A stretch of 63,651 nt of DNA, counting the filler, from Octopus bimaculoides (taxonomy: Eukaryota), in assembly GCF_001194135.2 (NCBI RefSeq). It is 7 parts of 7 records of this genome, joined end to end, with 100 filler letters (N's around TTAATTAATTAA, not from the genome) between each part and the next. Parts side by side here need not be neighbours in the genome. Positions count along the whole stretch, not along the records: positions 34,971 to 59,328 come from NC_068988.1; 6 more parts are not named here. One strand, written 5' to 3'. Under the pieces are notes generated by a model that saw only the letters and a program-made list of their open reading frames with translations, searched no databases and was not told the origin of the DNA. Below, one piece after another: positions 37,524 through 49,735 of the stretch (positions are counted from its first letter, which is position 1; every line of letters begins with the position of its first letter). The position numbers and the translations under genes were made by a program.

Positions 37524-38470
37524 AGCCCAACTAATTAGAGAGAGAGAGTCAGTTTAGACAAGATGCAGTTTGGGTTTGTGCCAAGGAAAAGCACCACTGA
37601 TGTTATATTTCTAGTAAGAGAGCAGCAGGAGAAATACCTAGCCAAAGATAAACCTCTGTACCTGGTTTTTGTTGACATGGAAAAAGCCTTTGACAGGGTC
37701 CCCTGATCCCTTATCTGGTGGTAGATGTGGAAACTAGGGATAGATGAGTGGATAGTGAGAGCTGCACAAGCCATGTACAGGGATGCTGTCAGCAAGGGGA
37801 GGGTTGGTATTGAGTACAGTGAAGAATTCCAGGTAGGTGTAGGGGTCCACCAAGGATCAGTCCTCAGCCCCCTCCTATTCATCATAGTCCTGCAGGTAAT
37901 AACAGGAATTCAAGACAGGATGGTCCTGGGATCTTCTCTATGCTGATGACCTTGCTCTAATTGCTGAATCATTATCAGAACTAGAAGGGAAATTTCAGGT
38001 GTGGAAACAAGGTCTAGAATCGAAGGGCCTTAGAGTCAACCTAGCAAAAACCAAAGTCTTATTAAGTAGGAAGGGAAACAAATTGCAAATCCCTTCAGGT
38101 AGATGACCCTGCTTGATCTGTAGAAAAGCTCTAGGTAGAAACTCCATAAGATGTATCCGGTGTAAGCTAATGACATATAAGGGGTGCAGTAATATCAAAG
38201 AAAGGCTTACTGTGAAGATAGTTTTTATGTGTGGCAAATGCTCAGTGGCAATAGACACTGAAAATGTGCAGAAAACAGCTTCCGTCACATGCCAGGGAGA
38301 AAATCTAGAAGTAGTTGATAGCTTCCGTTACCTAAGTGACCGAGTCAGTAGTGAGGGCGGATGCTCTGAGAGTGTAGCTGCTAGAATTAGAATAGCCTTC
38401 TTGCTTGCCACCCTTCAGTCAAACCGTCCAACCCATGCCAGCATGGAAAATGGTCATTAAACGATGATGA
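37524..38470 (+). mobile_element. RTE-clade LINE RT fragment, internally deleted, joined to its 3' tail
   Basis: MQFGF...FVDMEKAFD...GVHQGSVLSPLLF...YADDL motifs with stops; (GAT)n-type tail at the end. Confidence 0.9.
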
Positions 38471-39226
38471 CTCTTAGCAAGAGTATCACAAATCTCTTAG
38501 GTTTCTTGAGGCCAAGGAACCTAACACTTGATAAATCTGCCATTTAATTGTCTTCCATCACTTCATTTCATTTTTTGCACAGCATCCACAAACCGGATGT
38601 GACACTTCCTCACCTCCATTAATAGAGAGAGCTGTTACCATTTTTTCCCATACTTGATATCTCTGAAGAACACAAGTAATAGATAGCCATCCAGTTATCT
38701 AATATCTGGTGTGAAACCAATTGATAAGATAGGCTGTAATGGATCTTAATACCGAATACTTTGACTAATATACACACTCTATTGACAAATTATATGAGTG
38801 CCTATTTTTTTCTGACTTTTGGATTCTTAGACAACTATATATATATATATNNNNNNNNNNNNNNNNNNNNNNNNNNNNNNNNNNNNNNNNNNNNNNNNNN
38901 NNNNNNNNNNNNNNNNNNNNNNNNNNNNNNNNNNNNNNNNNNNNNNNNNNNNNNNNNNNNNNNNNNNNNNNNNNNNNNNNNNNNNNNNNNNNNNNNNNNN
39001 NNNNNNNNNNNNNNNNNNNNNNNNNNNNNNNNNNNNNNNNNNNNNNNNNNNNNNNNNNNNNNNNNNNNNNNNNNNNNNNNNNNNNNNNNNNNNNNNNNNN
39101 NNNNNNNNNNNNNNNNNNNNNNNNNNNNNNNNNNNNNNNNNNNNNNNNNNNNNNNNNNNNNNNNNNNNNNNNNNNNNNNNNNNNNNNNNNNNNNNNNNNN
39201 NNNNNNNNNNNNNNNNNNNNNNNNNN

Positions 39227-39274
<48 letters not shown>

Positions 39275-39910
39275 TCTCTCTCTCTCTCTCTCTCTCTTTT
39301 TTTCACCTATTTCTGTGTGTCTGTCTGTGTGAATGTTTACATTCTGCATTCTCACATGGAGGCCTTGTACTAAAAATTGACATATAATGACTTTACCTGC
39401 TGACAAATTGTCCTTTACCTCTATGCTTTCCAAAACAAATAGAATAAAAGTGCCCTTACTCAAAAAATAAGTAAGGGTTAGCAACATAAAACAATGTCAT
39501 AGTATGTATTTCTTCAACCCATGCTAGCAAGATAAATGGTTGTAAAACAAAGAAACAAACACAGATGCGTGTGACTCTATTTTCTTCATATTTCCCTCAA
39601 CTATGTACTCAAAGTTTTTTCTCAGGTATGTTTGTGTAGTTCATTTTAATACTTTTTCAGTTTGAAGTTTTGTGTATTCAATGCATTCATCATCATCATT
39701 TAAATTTGTTTATACCTGCATAAGTCAAATGGAATTTGTTGAGGCAGATTTTCTACCTCCAGTGCCTTTCCCTGTTGACAACCCTCAAATGTTTCCAAGT
39801 AAGGCAATATTTCCCCATGGATAGACATGTTTTCTCACAGAAGACTGTAAACGAAAAATATCACTTGTATGATGGTGATGCTTGTTTATAACCATAATGT
39901 CAAGACAAGG

Positions 39911-39945
<35 letters not shown>

Positions 39946-40829
39946 GGGGTTTTTTTTTTTTCAATTTCTGTCTACCAAGTCCATGCACAAAGCCTTGGTT
40001 GGCCTGGGGGCTTATTATTAGAAGACATTTGCCCAAGGTGCTGTGCATTGGGACTGAACCTGAGATCACCTAGTTGAAAAGCAAGCTTCTTAATCACACT
40101 GTCAAGCCTCTACTTACTGTAATATATATTTAACAATATATTGTGTCAATAGAAGTATTGTATTTATACAGTGTTAAACCCCAATGGAAGTATTTAAGTT
40201 GCACAAATTAGTGGAATAGTTTTATTTAAACACTTCCTCTGTATATTAATGTTCAACATGAATAGGTTAAACACACTTGCAATACATTTATTGAACAATT
40301 TAGTTCCACTGACCTACAAAAATTATCTAAGAAAAAAATCATTAATGCAAGCTGAGTGTATTCAATGAACTTGATTCTCAATAAATTTTTAATTGAAGTA
40401 CAACCATTTTACCAGCAGAGATTTTTTTTAAATGGTTGCTTACAAAGAAAGCTAACATTAAGTACATCTGTACTGTTGGTGTGATTAGAAGGTAACTCAC
40501 ATGTGTGTCTGTGTGTGTAGTGGGATATGGTCAGTCTGCAGTTAGTTTGCTAGTTGAAATGGCTGCTGCTCTCCTGTACTTCACTGACAAATACAAAATG
40601 TTTTATGATTTCTGAGTTGGAAAAGATATACTATTTAGTTAGAACCCTTTATGTTACGAGTTAAAATCCCTTCAAGACTGACTTCAGCTCCCATCCATTC
40701 TAGGGTTGATAAAATGAGGACCAGTCAAGCACTGTTGTCAATATAAACAACTTTATCCCTCATGTCTATACAAGGAATACTTGTCATTATTATTATTATT
40801 AAGATGATTGACTGGCAAAAATGATAAAA

Positions 40830-40934
40830 TACCAGAGTAATGATGGCTTACTAAAGTAACTGATGGAGTACCAGAGTCACTGATGGAGTACCAGAATTAC
40901 TGATGGCATACTGGAGAAAATGATGGAATACCAG
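40830..40934. repeat. ~20-bp minisatellite (taccagagtaactgatggag-like), ~5 units
   Basis: Repeated taccag...tgatgg cores. Confidence 0.8.
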
Positions 40935-40984
40935 TTGGTATTTACCTTTATATTCCCTCTAGGTTGATAAAAGCAGTACCAATC

Positions 40985-41360
40985 ACAATTTTTCTGTTCT
41001 GTGGTGGTAGGCCCCTCATCTGGGATGCCAGATGTGACACCTCCAGCAGCAACTTGGTGTTGTCAGCTACCAGCCCAGGATCTGCTACTTGTCAAACTAA
41101 GAAAAACAAATTGTCAAAGTATCAGTCACTCTCTGACAGGTTTATGGTTGAGCCTGTGGCAATTGAGACATCCAATGTTCTTTCGCCCCCAGACCATATC
41201 CCTGTTCACTGCTATTGAGGCAGAGATTTTTGTCCTGAAGTGTGAGCCCTGTGGGTCAGAGTGGCTGTTTCAGCACATCTCCCTCGCTATTCTCTGGGCA
41301 ACACCTTTTCCATTTTGTCTGCTGGTGCCATGAGAAATGTTGAACTATTACAGAAGAAAG
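40985..41360 (+). mobile_element. CRE-clade-like non-LTR retrotransposon 3' fragment with restriction-like endonuclease domain
   Basis: GRPLIWDARCDT...KLSKYQSL...VEPVAIET..., then WLFQHISLAIL; frameshifted. Confidence 0.65.
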
Positions 41361-41680
41361 TGGCCTTTAATTCATAAGAATCAGGCTTTCATAGAAAGGA
41401 TTATTTATAACATAAACTGTTATTATTATGAATGGATGAAATGGTAGAGCATTAGTTCAGACTCTTTACATCTTGAGTACAAATCTGACCAGTATCTACC
41501 ATAACCATTCTTTCTGAGGTCTCAAAAATTCCAGACCATACAAGTACCAGAACCAATCAAATACTAGGATCAATGTAATCAATTTTCTTCCTCTATCTCA
41601 GATTATTCATAGTATTTTGTACTTTACTACAGCACTGACATCATATGCTGTCTCTGCTCTCTACCTTTTTCACTGTTTTG

Positions 41681-41906
41681 CTTTCTTCTGTCATAGTTCA
41701 ACATTTCTCATGGCACCAGCAGACAAAATGGAAAAGGTGTTGCCCCAGAGAATAGTAAGGTAGATGTGCTGGAACAGTCACTCTGACCCACGGGGCTCAC
41801 GCTTGAGGACAACAATGTCTGCCTCAAAAGCAGTGAACAGGGATATGGTCTGGGGGCGAAGAACACTGGATGTCTCAATTGCCACAGGCTCAACCATAAA
41901 CTTGTC
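41681..41906 (-). mobile_element. Inverted second copy of the CRE-like 3' end
   Basis: ~92% identical to the reverse complement of 41135-41360. Confidence 0.85.
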
Positions 41907-42094
41907 CCTAGAGATTTTGATTTCAAAAGCATTATCATCATCATCATAATCATTTTCCATTGGAATGAAGTTCAGGTTATCTCCGGAATGACTGAGGAAT
42001 TTGGATGCTTCAAGGTTATTTGGTGTTATTTTTTACCTCTTCTCATCAACTGTACTATATTCACTACAACCCTATTCCACCCCACTAACTACTC

Positions 42095-42190
42095 CCCCCC
42101 CCACTCTTGTGGAATTCCCTCCCTGCTGATGCTGCACCTACAGTTGTCAACATGGAATTATTCAAGAGAAACATTAACTACATCAATATC
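42095..42190 (+). mobile_element. CR1/L2-type LINE C-terminal remnant
   Basis: LWNSLP...VVNMELFKRNI motif. Confidence 0.45.
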
Positions 42191-42219
42191 ACTAGTATTG
42201 GTGGTCCTGTACCAGCCAT

Positions 42220-42770
42220 GGGGACACCCCTTCCTAAAGACCTCACTAATCTTAAAGGAGTTGTGAAGATCATAGAGGCAGCCCCTTCCAACAGTTCTCT
42301 TGGATTTTAGAGAATCCCTGAAGACCAAGCAGATTCCTTAAATACTTCACTGGTCTTAGAGGACTTATAGAGGTTTGGGGACAGCTCCTTCCTACACGCA
42401 TCACTGGTCTTGTAGAAATTTTGAAGAAATTTAAGGTGGGGAGCTGACAAAAATGTTAGCACACTGGGCGAAATGCTTAGCGGTATTTCGTCTACTACTA
42501 CATTCTGAGTTCAAATTCCACCGAAGTCGACTTTGCCTTTCATCCTTTCGGGCTCGATTAAATAAGTACCAGTTATGCACTGGGGTCGATATAATCGACT
42601 TAATCCATTTGTCTGTCCTTGTTTGTCCCCTCTGTATGTAGCCCCTTGTGGGCAGTAAAGAAATAAGAAATGTTGAAGATCATGGGGCATGACCTTCCTA
42701 CTGATCTCTCTGATCTTAGAGGACTTGTGAAGGTCATGAAGACAACCCATTCTTACAGACAGACTTAATC
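42220..42770. repeat. Degenerate ~50-bp minisatellite interrupted by a SINE B
   Basis: Recurring cttcctac...cactggtcttagaggacttgtgaag units on both sides of 42433-42669. Confidence 0.55.
42433..42669 (+). mobile_element. SINE family B
   Basis: Match to the family B sequence. Confidence 0.85.
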
Positions 42771-43658
42771 ATCTAAAGAGTCAAGCTAACTGCTATAATT
42801 CTACCTGCTTTAAGGGTAAGACTTGGCTTTTTTAGAAGTAATTTATTAACTGGTCATATTGATTTCCATGTACTTCCTGATTTGTGTTGATTTTCACAGA
42901 AGATTGTATGAAAATCTACAGGTACTGTATGTGTGATTAAACAGTATGAAGGTGATGGACTCTGGACCCATCAACACAACACAACCCAAACTAATGAGGG
43001 AATTGCATGGTGGTTTGACTTGCTAGAAACAGCAGCCATATCCTTCAAATTACACATTACTCACTTAAAAAAAAAAAACAGAACACATTGAACATGATAA
43101 TTCTAAATATATTGTAAAGAACAACTGTGCGAACCAAAGGAGAATGGCAACGTGTGGAAACAGGCTCCTTTTAACACATCGCACGGTCGAACACAAAACA
43201 TTAATATGACATAAGAAGGCTCGCATGTGAGATGCGAGGTAAGTGCCAGCAAAGGAATGAGAGAGAGTGACACAACCGTTAGATATATATAGAGAGTAAG
43301 TTTTATTAGGGTAGTCAACTGTGTCTGTTGTGTGCGTGCATGCGGCAATATAAACAACACAATATATATATGACAGGCCTTCTTGTACAAGAGTATGTAT
43401 ACAACAATATGAATGCGTGTGTGTGTGAATGAGAAATACAGAGCATGGAATAAGAGTCTGTACATAGACTATAAGAGTCCTGAACACAAAGATAAGAAAG
43501 TACCAGTTCATAGAAGAGTTACACAGTAGGTAGAATATCTGTACAAGAAGTCGTGACCGAATAGCAGAGCTGTGGTTTCACATGTTTTGTGTGAAGTTGA
43601 GCGTTGATGCTGAGACCGGTTACTTGGTACAGAAGATTCTCGCAGGTTGTTCTGGATG

Positions 43659-43763
43659 TTAATTTCGAGGTGGAAACAATCCACACAAACAGTGTTGAGA
43701 CGGAACCGCAGTTGCTGTTGGTAGCGTGTACTCTGGTGGTGGTGTTGGCGCTGGCGACGACAT
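43659..43763 (-). CDS. Candidate 34-aa small ORF/uORF MSSPAPTPPPEYTLPTATAVPSQHCLCGLFPPRN
   Basis: First ATG after the putative TSS, A at -3; contains PPEY (PPxY) and CLC. Confidence 0.35.
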   Translation of the reverse strand: MSSPAPTPPPEYTLPTATAVPSQHCLCGLFPPRN

Positions 43764-43877
43764 TGTAGTAGACAGTAGATCAGTGGTATTGACGTCGTCG
43801 CTGGAAACTGGCTGGAGCTGTGTTCTGTGAGATGGTCAATGACCAGACCTGTAAGAGGTCTGAAGTCAAAGACAAAC

Positions 43878-43976
43878 TGGCGTGGATGAAGCAGGGCTAT
43901 TTATAGATAAAAAAAGTGCTCCAGAAAAAGCACAAAAACTCTCTCTCACGTGACCTTAACAGAAAGCCATGATTGG
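43878..43976 (-). promoter_or_regulatory. Candidate Pol II promoter: CCAAT (43972-43976), E-box TCACGTGA (43946-43953), TATAAATAG (43897-43905), Inr-like CAGTT (~43878)
   Basis: Motifs in canonical order and spacing on the minus strand, inside a locally CpG-rich unique stretch. Confidence 0.6.
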
Positions 43977-44584
43977 ACGGTATGCACCCTGGCGTGAAAC
44001 AGAACTGGTGATAAATGCCGCACAAATAAGAGCCAAACAGGGTGGTGGACACAGCGGTCCAAGTGGCTGAAAGCTAGATGTTAGCCGCTATGTTATCATT
44101 TGTAAATAAATACCTGAGAGAGAGGTTTCACTACAATACAATGCCTGAAATATTAGAGGGAAGGCAATGAGTGGAACATCTTTCAGCTTAGATTTGTTCA
44201 AGGCTGACCCAAAGGCTAAGGACATCATCATCATCATAACTGATAGCATTAAAGAAACCAAATATCTTTGATGCTGTTATGCACACACACACATGAACTA
44301 AGCTCATGTTCCTGCATATATACATACTTACATAATACATACCCATATACATACTCAAACACATATACACATGCATACTCAGTTACATGTACACACTCAT
44401 TCATGCATACATATATATATACATATACACATACATTAGTAAATATGTACATGTACACATATGCACTTTTATATACATACATGCACATACACATTCATAT
44501 CTGCACATATATATACATTAATTTACAGCCTGAACACACATTCATGCATATACATCACAGATATGTATGTCGCTGATAATTGAT

Positions 44585-45050
44585 AGAGTTGTTGATAGAG
44601 TTGTTGATGATCAAGATATTGTTAACTACCCCATCGAATATTTGAACTCACTACAGCCACCAGGTACAGCTCCTCATTGTCTTCAGCTGAAAAAATGAAC
44701 TCCTATTATGCTATTACATAATTTGTCTCAATCAAAATTATGCAATGATAAAACAGTAATTGTGCACAAACTCATGAGGAATTGCATTGAGGTAAATACA
44801 CTGGTTGTGGTTAAGGTAAGACCATCTTCATTCCTCACATCTAATGTCCTATTCCAATTTAAGTCTTAATAAAAGTCAGGGCTAAACACTAAAAGTTGCT
44901 GGATTGCAACCTGAAGAACCATGCTTTTCACATGGCCAACTTTATGTAGGAGCATCGTGTGTGCAGGCAAAAGCAAATCTTTTTGCTTATGCACTCCAAA
45001 ATAAAACAAAAAACATTGTTCATAAAGAAATATTCATTCTTAATGCAACA
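44585..45050 (+). mobile_element. Decayed Helitron helicase C-terminal fragment
   Basis: [24 protein letters not shown]...NKSQG...PCFSHGQLYVGAS...KNIVHKE; frameshifted and deleted. Confidence 0.8.
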
Positions 45051-45551
45051 TGAATACTTCAATAACTTCATTTACCATTACTATCATTACATTCAAGAAT
45101 GAGTAAGTTACCTATGTCGATGAACTGTATTATATAATTGCCATTACTATATTGATAAAGAAAACCACACATACAACTCACAATTTATTATTATGTAATA
45201 AACAAACAGAAATTCATGTATGAAATTGATCTTTTTTTCTACTTCAATTATTACATGTTTTTCTCTTATAAAAATACACACATACAGGAAGAGTAAATTA
45301 TATATATAATAATATTTTGGGTGTGGCTCCCGAGAAACAGTTAAAGTAATTACCTGATCAACAACAGGTATTACTGCTAGTATGTGTCTGTGTGCGTGTG
45401 CGTGCATGTGTGTGTGTCTGTGTAATATGTGTGTATATATATACATGTGTGTGTGTGTGTATATACACACACACATAAATATTGTTATATTTTGAGATGG
45501 TCATTTTTTTCTTGTCAAATAAACACATGCACTATATATGTGTTACTCTTT

Positions 45552-45948
45552 TACTCTTTTACTCGTTTCAGTCATTTGACTGTGGCCATGCTGGAGCACC
45601 GCCTTTAGTCAAGCAAATTGACCCCCAGGACTTATTCTTTGTAAGCCTAGTACTTATTCTATCCATCTCTTTCGCTGAACCACTAAGTTACAGGGGATGT
45701 AAACACACCAACATCGGTTGTCAAGCGATGTTGGGGGCACAAACACAGACACACAAACACACACACACACACATATATATATACATATATATGATGGGAT
45801 CCTTTTAATTTCCATCTACCAAATCCACTCACAAGGCTTTGGTTAGCCTGAGGCTATAGTAGAAGACACTTGCCCAAGGTGCCTTGCAGTGGGACTGAAC
45901 CCGGAACCATGTGGTCCATAAGCAAGCTACTTACCATGCAGCCACTCC
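45552..45948 (-). mobile_element. SINE family A, full length
   Basis: Reverse match to the family A sequence. Confidence 0.85.
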
Positions 45949-46149
45949 TACACCTACACAAGTTCTTCACTTGTTTATTACTCTTCTTATTTTGTGACCA
46001 TTATCTGGAAATCTTTCTTCACATATCCTGTGACTTCTTCAGCAACTATCCATCACACGTCTTTTCTTGTTCTTCTCAGTCCACTCTGTCATTTTATGGT
46101 ATGTATCCTTATCTGTGCATGTGTTTGCATCTGTATTTGTGTGTGTGTT

Positions 46150-46196
<47 letters not shown>

Positions 46197-46599
46197 TTAA
46201 TATACTGTTTGTATCTGTGCCCTTTATATAGTTTTTCTTTTTCATTTATTTACTTTTTGTCTAAGTGTCATGTCTGAACATCTATGTTATTAACCAAGCG
46301 ACTATGTTCTAATTGAGTGTGTTGGTAGAGTACTCTTTGAGCTCCACCTATCTGCTCCCCTATGCTATATGAGTTGTTGTCTTGTTTCTGCACTATCCCT
46401 CAGTACACCTCATGCTATAGACTACATTTCTAATCTTACAGTTATCTTGTGGGTTCATCCCACATACTATGCAGTTGTTTTTCATACATAGGGACCTTTC
46501 AAATGCATACATTCTACAGATCAGGGATGTTATGGAGGGATCCTCACCTTTCTACTACTTTAATGTGTGTGTGTGTGTGTGTAAATATATATTTATATA

Positions 46600-47796
46600 T
46601 TGAAGTGCAGTCCAAAAGTTTTGAAATTTTTTTAGGAAAGATTATTAAAACTGTCCTAGATCATTGTAATTTTAGTATATCATTATTATACATCTAATTA
46701 GCTGTCTTGCCAACTTTTTTTTATTCCAGATGGATGTAACAGCACTTTCAACACAACCTATCAAACACTGCTTGTCACAGCTGAGTAGGTTACAGAATGT
46801 AGTTAAGATGTGAATACAATTTGGAAATTCATTATGCAATAATGTTTTGTGTTAAACTGGGTAAAAATGCAACAGAAATTTACAAAATGTGACAGACTGC
46901 ATGTGGATTGACTTGTATGAGTCTAGCATCTGTTTTTTGCTGGTACAAGAGGTTCAGAGATAGTCGAGAGGAGGTGTGAGAGGGCGAGGAACATCAGAGC
47001 TAGTTGAGAAAATTTGCAATTTTCTAGATGAAGACTGTTGTATGTCTATAAAGACAATAAAGCTTACAGTTTGGAGTTGATGTGGAAACTTTACATAAAG
47101 TTGTTCATGAAGATCTTAACATGTTCACAATTTGTGGAAAGTTTATTCCCAGAGATGAACAAAAGGAAAGATGTGTTGGTAACAGCAAGGAGATGATTGA
47201 ACTCATTATCTCCAATCCAAAAGTACTTGTGCCTTTGGTGACCTGTGACAAAGGTGATCTACTGTTACAATCCAGAGACCAAGGCACAAAGTGCTCAATG
47301 AAAGCATCCTGACTCCCCAAGACCCAAGAATGCAGGGCAAAGCCAGTTCACCGGGAAGCTCATGATGATCCCCTTTTTTGACAGCAAGAGCATCACCTAC
47401 ATCTGCTGGGTTCCCTCTGGCCAAATGGTAAACAAAGAAAACTTTGTAGAGGTTTTGAAGAAGTACAGGATAAGAATACATTGCTGAAGGCCAGAGCACC
47501 TACACCAGTCCACAATTCCATTCTGGTACTATTCAACTGAAATGGGCAATAACTACCCATCACCCTTCCTTGTTCCTGAAACTGAAAGAAAACCTCATGT
47601 ACAGTCATTTTGAATACACTGAGAAGATGGAGACTATAACAAGGGCCCTGGACACCTTCATTTCTGAGGGCTTCCATGGGACCTTCACAAAGTGGCTGGA
47701 ATGCTACAAGTGCATTGAAGTCAGAGGATCTTACTTTGAAGGCGATTAGAGTTTTGTCTTTCTTTGAAATTTATAAATGTCTCTCCTGCAAAACTT
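46600..47796 (+). mobile_element. Decayed mariner (DD34D-type) transposon
   Basis: FCVKLGKNATEIY...SVFCWYKRFRD...LVTCD...YNPETKAQS...YFEGD*; many lesions. Confidence 0.8.
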
Positions 47797-48183
47797 NNNN
47801 NNNNNNNNNNNNNNNNNNNNNNNNNNNNNNNNNNNNNNNNNNNNNNNNNNNNNNNNNNNNNNNNNNNNNNNNNNNNNNNNNNNNNNNNNNNNNNNNNNNN
47901 NNNNNNNNNNNNNNNNNNNNNNNNNNNNNNNNNNNNNNNNNNNNNNNNNNNNNNNNNNNNNNNNNNNNNNNNNNNNNNNNNNNNNNNNNNNNNNNNNNNN
48001 NNNNNNNNNNNNNNNNNNNNNNNNNNNNNNNNNNNNNNNNNNNNNNNNNNNNNNNNNNNNNNNNNNNNNNNNNNNNNNNNNNNNNNNNNNNNNNNNNNNN
48101 NNNNNNNNNNNNNNNNNNNNNNNNNNNNNNNNNNNNNNNNNNNNNNNNNNNNNNNNNNNNNNNNNNNNNNNNNNNNNNNNNNN

Positions 48184-48754
48184 GTAGTCTGTTTCTGAGA
48201 GCTATTCTATTGGACCTCTGTCTAATCATTAAAACATTGATTTAATTATGAACATAGAAAGAAATTATACATTAATCTCTATTTTTGTAAGCAGCTGTAT
48301 CCGTAAAAATTTTATTTGCAGAGAGCAGAGATTGAAAGAAGATATATGAAATGGACATGTGTGTGTGTGTGCGTGCATGCTTGCGCGTGTGTATGTGAGA
48401 GAGAAAGAGGGTGCGAAAGAGAGATAGTGAGTGAGTGAAGCTGTGTGATGATTGACGTATTTGTACGTAGTCTGTTTCTGAGAGCTATTCTATTGGACCT
48501 CTGTCTAATCATTAAAACATTGATTCAGTTATGAATGTAGAAAGAAATTATACATTAATCCCTATTTTTGTAAGCTGTTGTATCTGTAAAAAATTTTATT
48601 TGCAGAGAGCAGAAATTGAAAGATGTATGAAATGGATGTATGTGTGTGTGTGTGCGCGTGCATGCATGCTTGCGTGTGTGTATGTGAGAGAGAAAGAGGG
48701 TGAGAAAGAGAGATAGAGTGAGTGAGTGAAGGTGTGTGTCGTGTTGATTGACGT
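48184..48754. repeat. ~283-bp tandem duplication (2 visible units, possibly more in the gap)
   Basis: Units start at 48184 and 48467; ~90% identical. Confidence 0.9.
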
Positions 48755-49469
48755 CTTTTAAGGCACACACACATACATAGAAAATGTGAGGTCATTGTAT
48801 AAAACTTTTACAATAGTTGATTTATGGAAAAGTTTATGTTAAATTTTTGAAATGCAAATATGTGAATGAAACTTAAGTTCAGACCTCTACATGGTAGCTA
48901 GACCTGGTAGAAATAGCAGCCAAATCTCCCTCAAAACACTCTACTGTCTTAATCCGACAATTCTGCCTATTATGTAGTTTGAATGAGAAATGGTAACTAA
49001 AAATTAAGATTATTAACCCCACAAAGAAGTGAAAGAAGAGAGACAGCATAACGAAAGTTTTGGCTGGCTGTCATCCTGTACTCCCCTTGCTGCTAGTGAA
49101 ATGGTATATGCTGGCTGTGTGAGCAACTGGTTGTTTTAATGGCAGAACAAACAGGGGAATTCCCTTTAAAAAAGTTTTAATCGATTTTCTCTGCAAATTT
49201 TTCATGCAAATTCACCCAGCCGTTTGTCTGTGAACCTCAAGACAAGAAAGAATACAACGATCACCCATGTCCAATTTATATTATAGATATACATACATAG
49301 ATATGTATATTTATGTGTGTGTGTATATATCATCATCATCATCATCGTTTAACGTCCGCTTTCCATGCTATATATATATATATATATATATAAAAATTTA
49401 CATATTCATGTATGTATATACATATATAAACACATGTTTTTATACACACACACACACACATGTATTGAC

Positions 49470-49735
49470 TGGCTTCCATGTTGGTGGCACATAAAAAACA
49501 CCATCCAATTGTGGTTGATGCCAGCTCCCCTGGCCCCTGTGCCGGTGGCACGTGAAAAGCACCCACTACACTTTCGGAGTAGTTGGCATTAGGAAGGGCA
49601 TCCAGCTGTAGAAGCACTGCCAGATGAGATTGGGGCCTGGTGCAGCCTCCTGGCTTTCCAGACCCTAGTCGAACTGTCCAACCCATGCCAGCATAGCAAA
49701 CGGACATTAAACGATGATGATGATGATGATGATGA
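49470..49735 (+). mobile_element. RTE-LINE-type 3' end with (GAT)n tail
   Basis: Same tail family as 6533-6795. Confidence 0.7.

Noticed and set aside
43065-43511. 148-aa hydrophobic minus-strand ORF (MNWYFLIF...)
   Set aside because: Composition reflects a T/G-rich UTR-like sequence with CA repeats; no domain signal.
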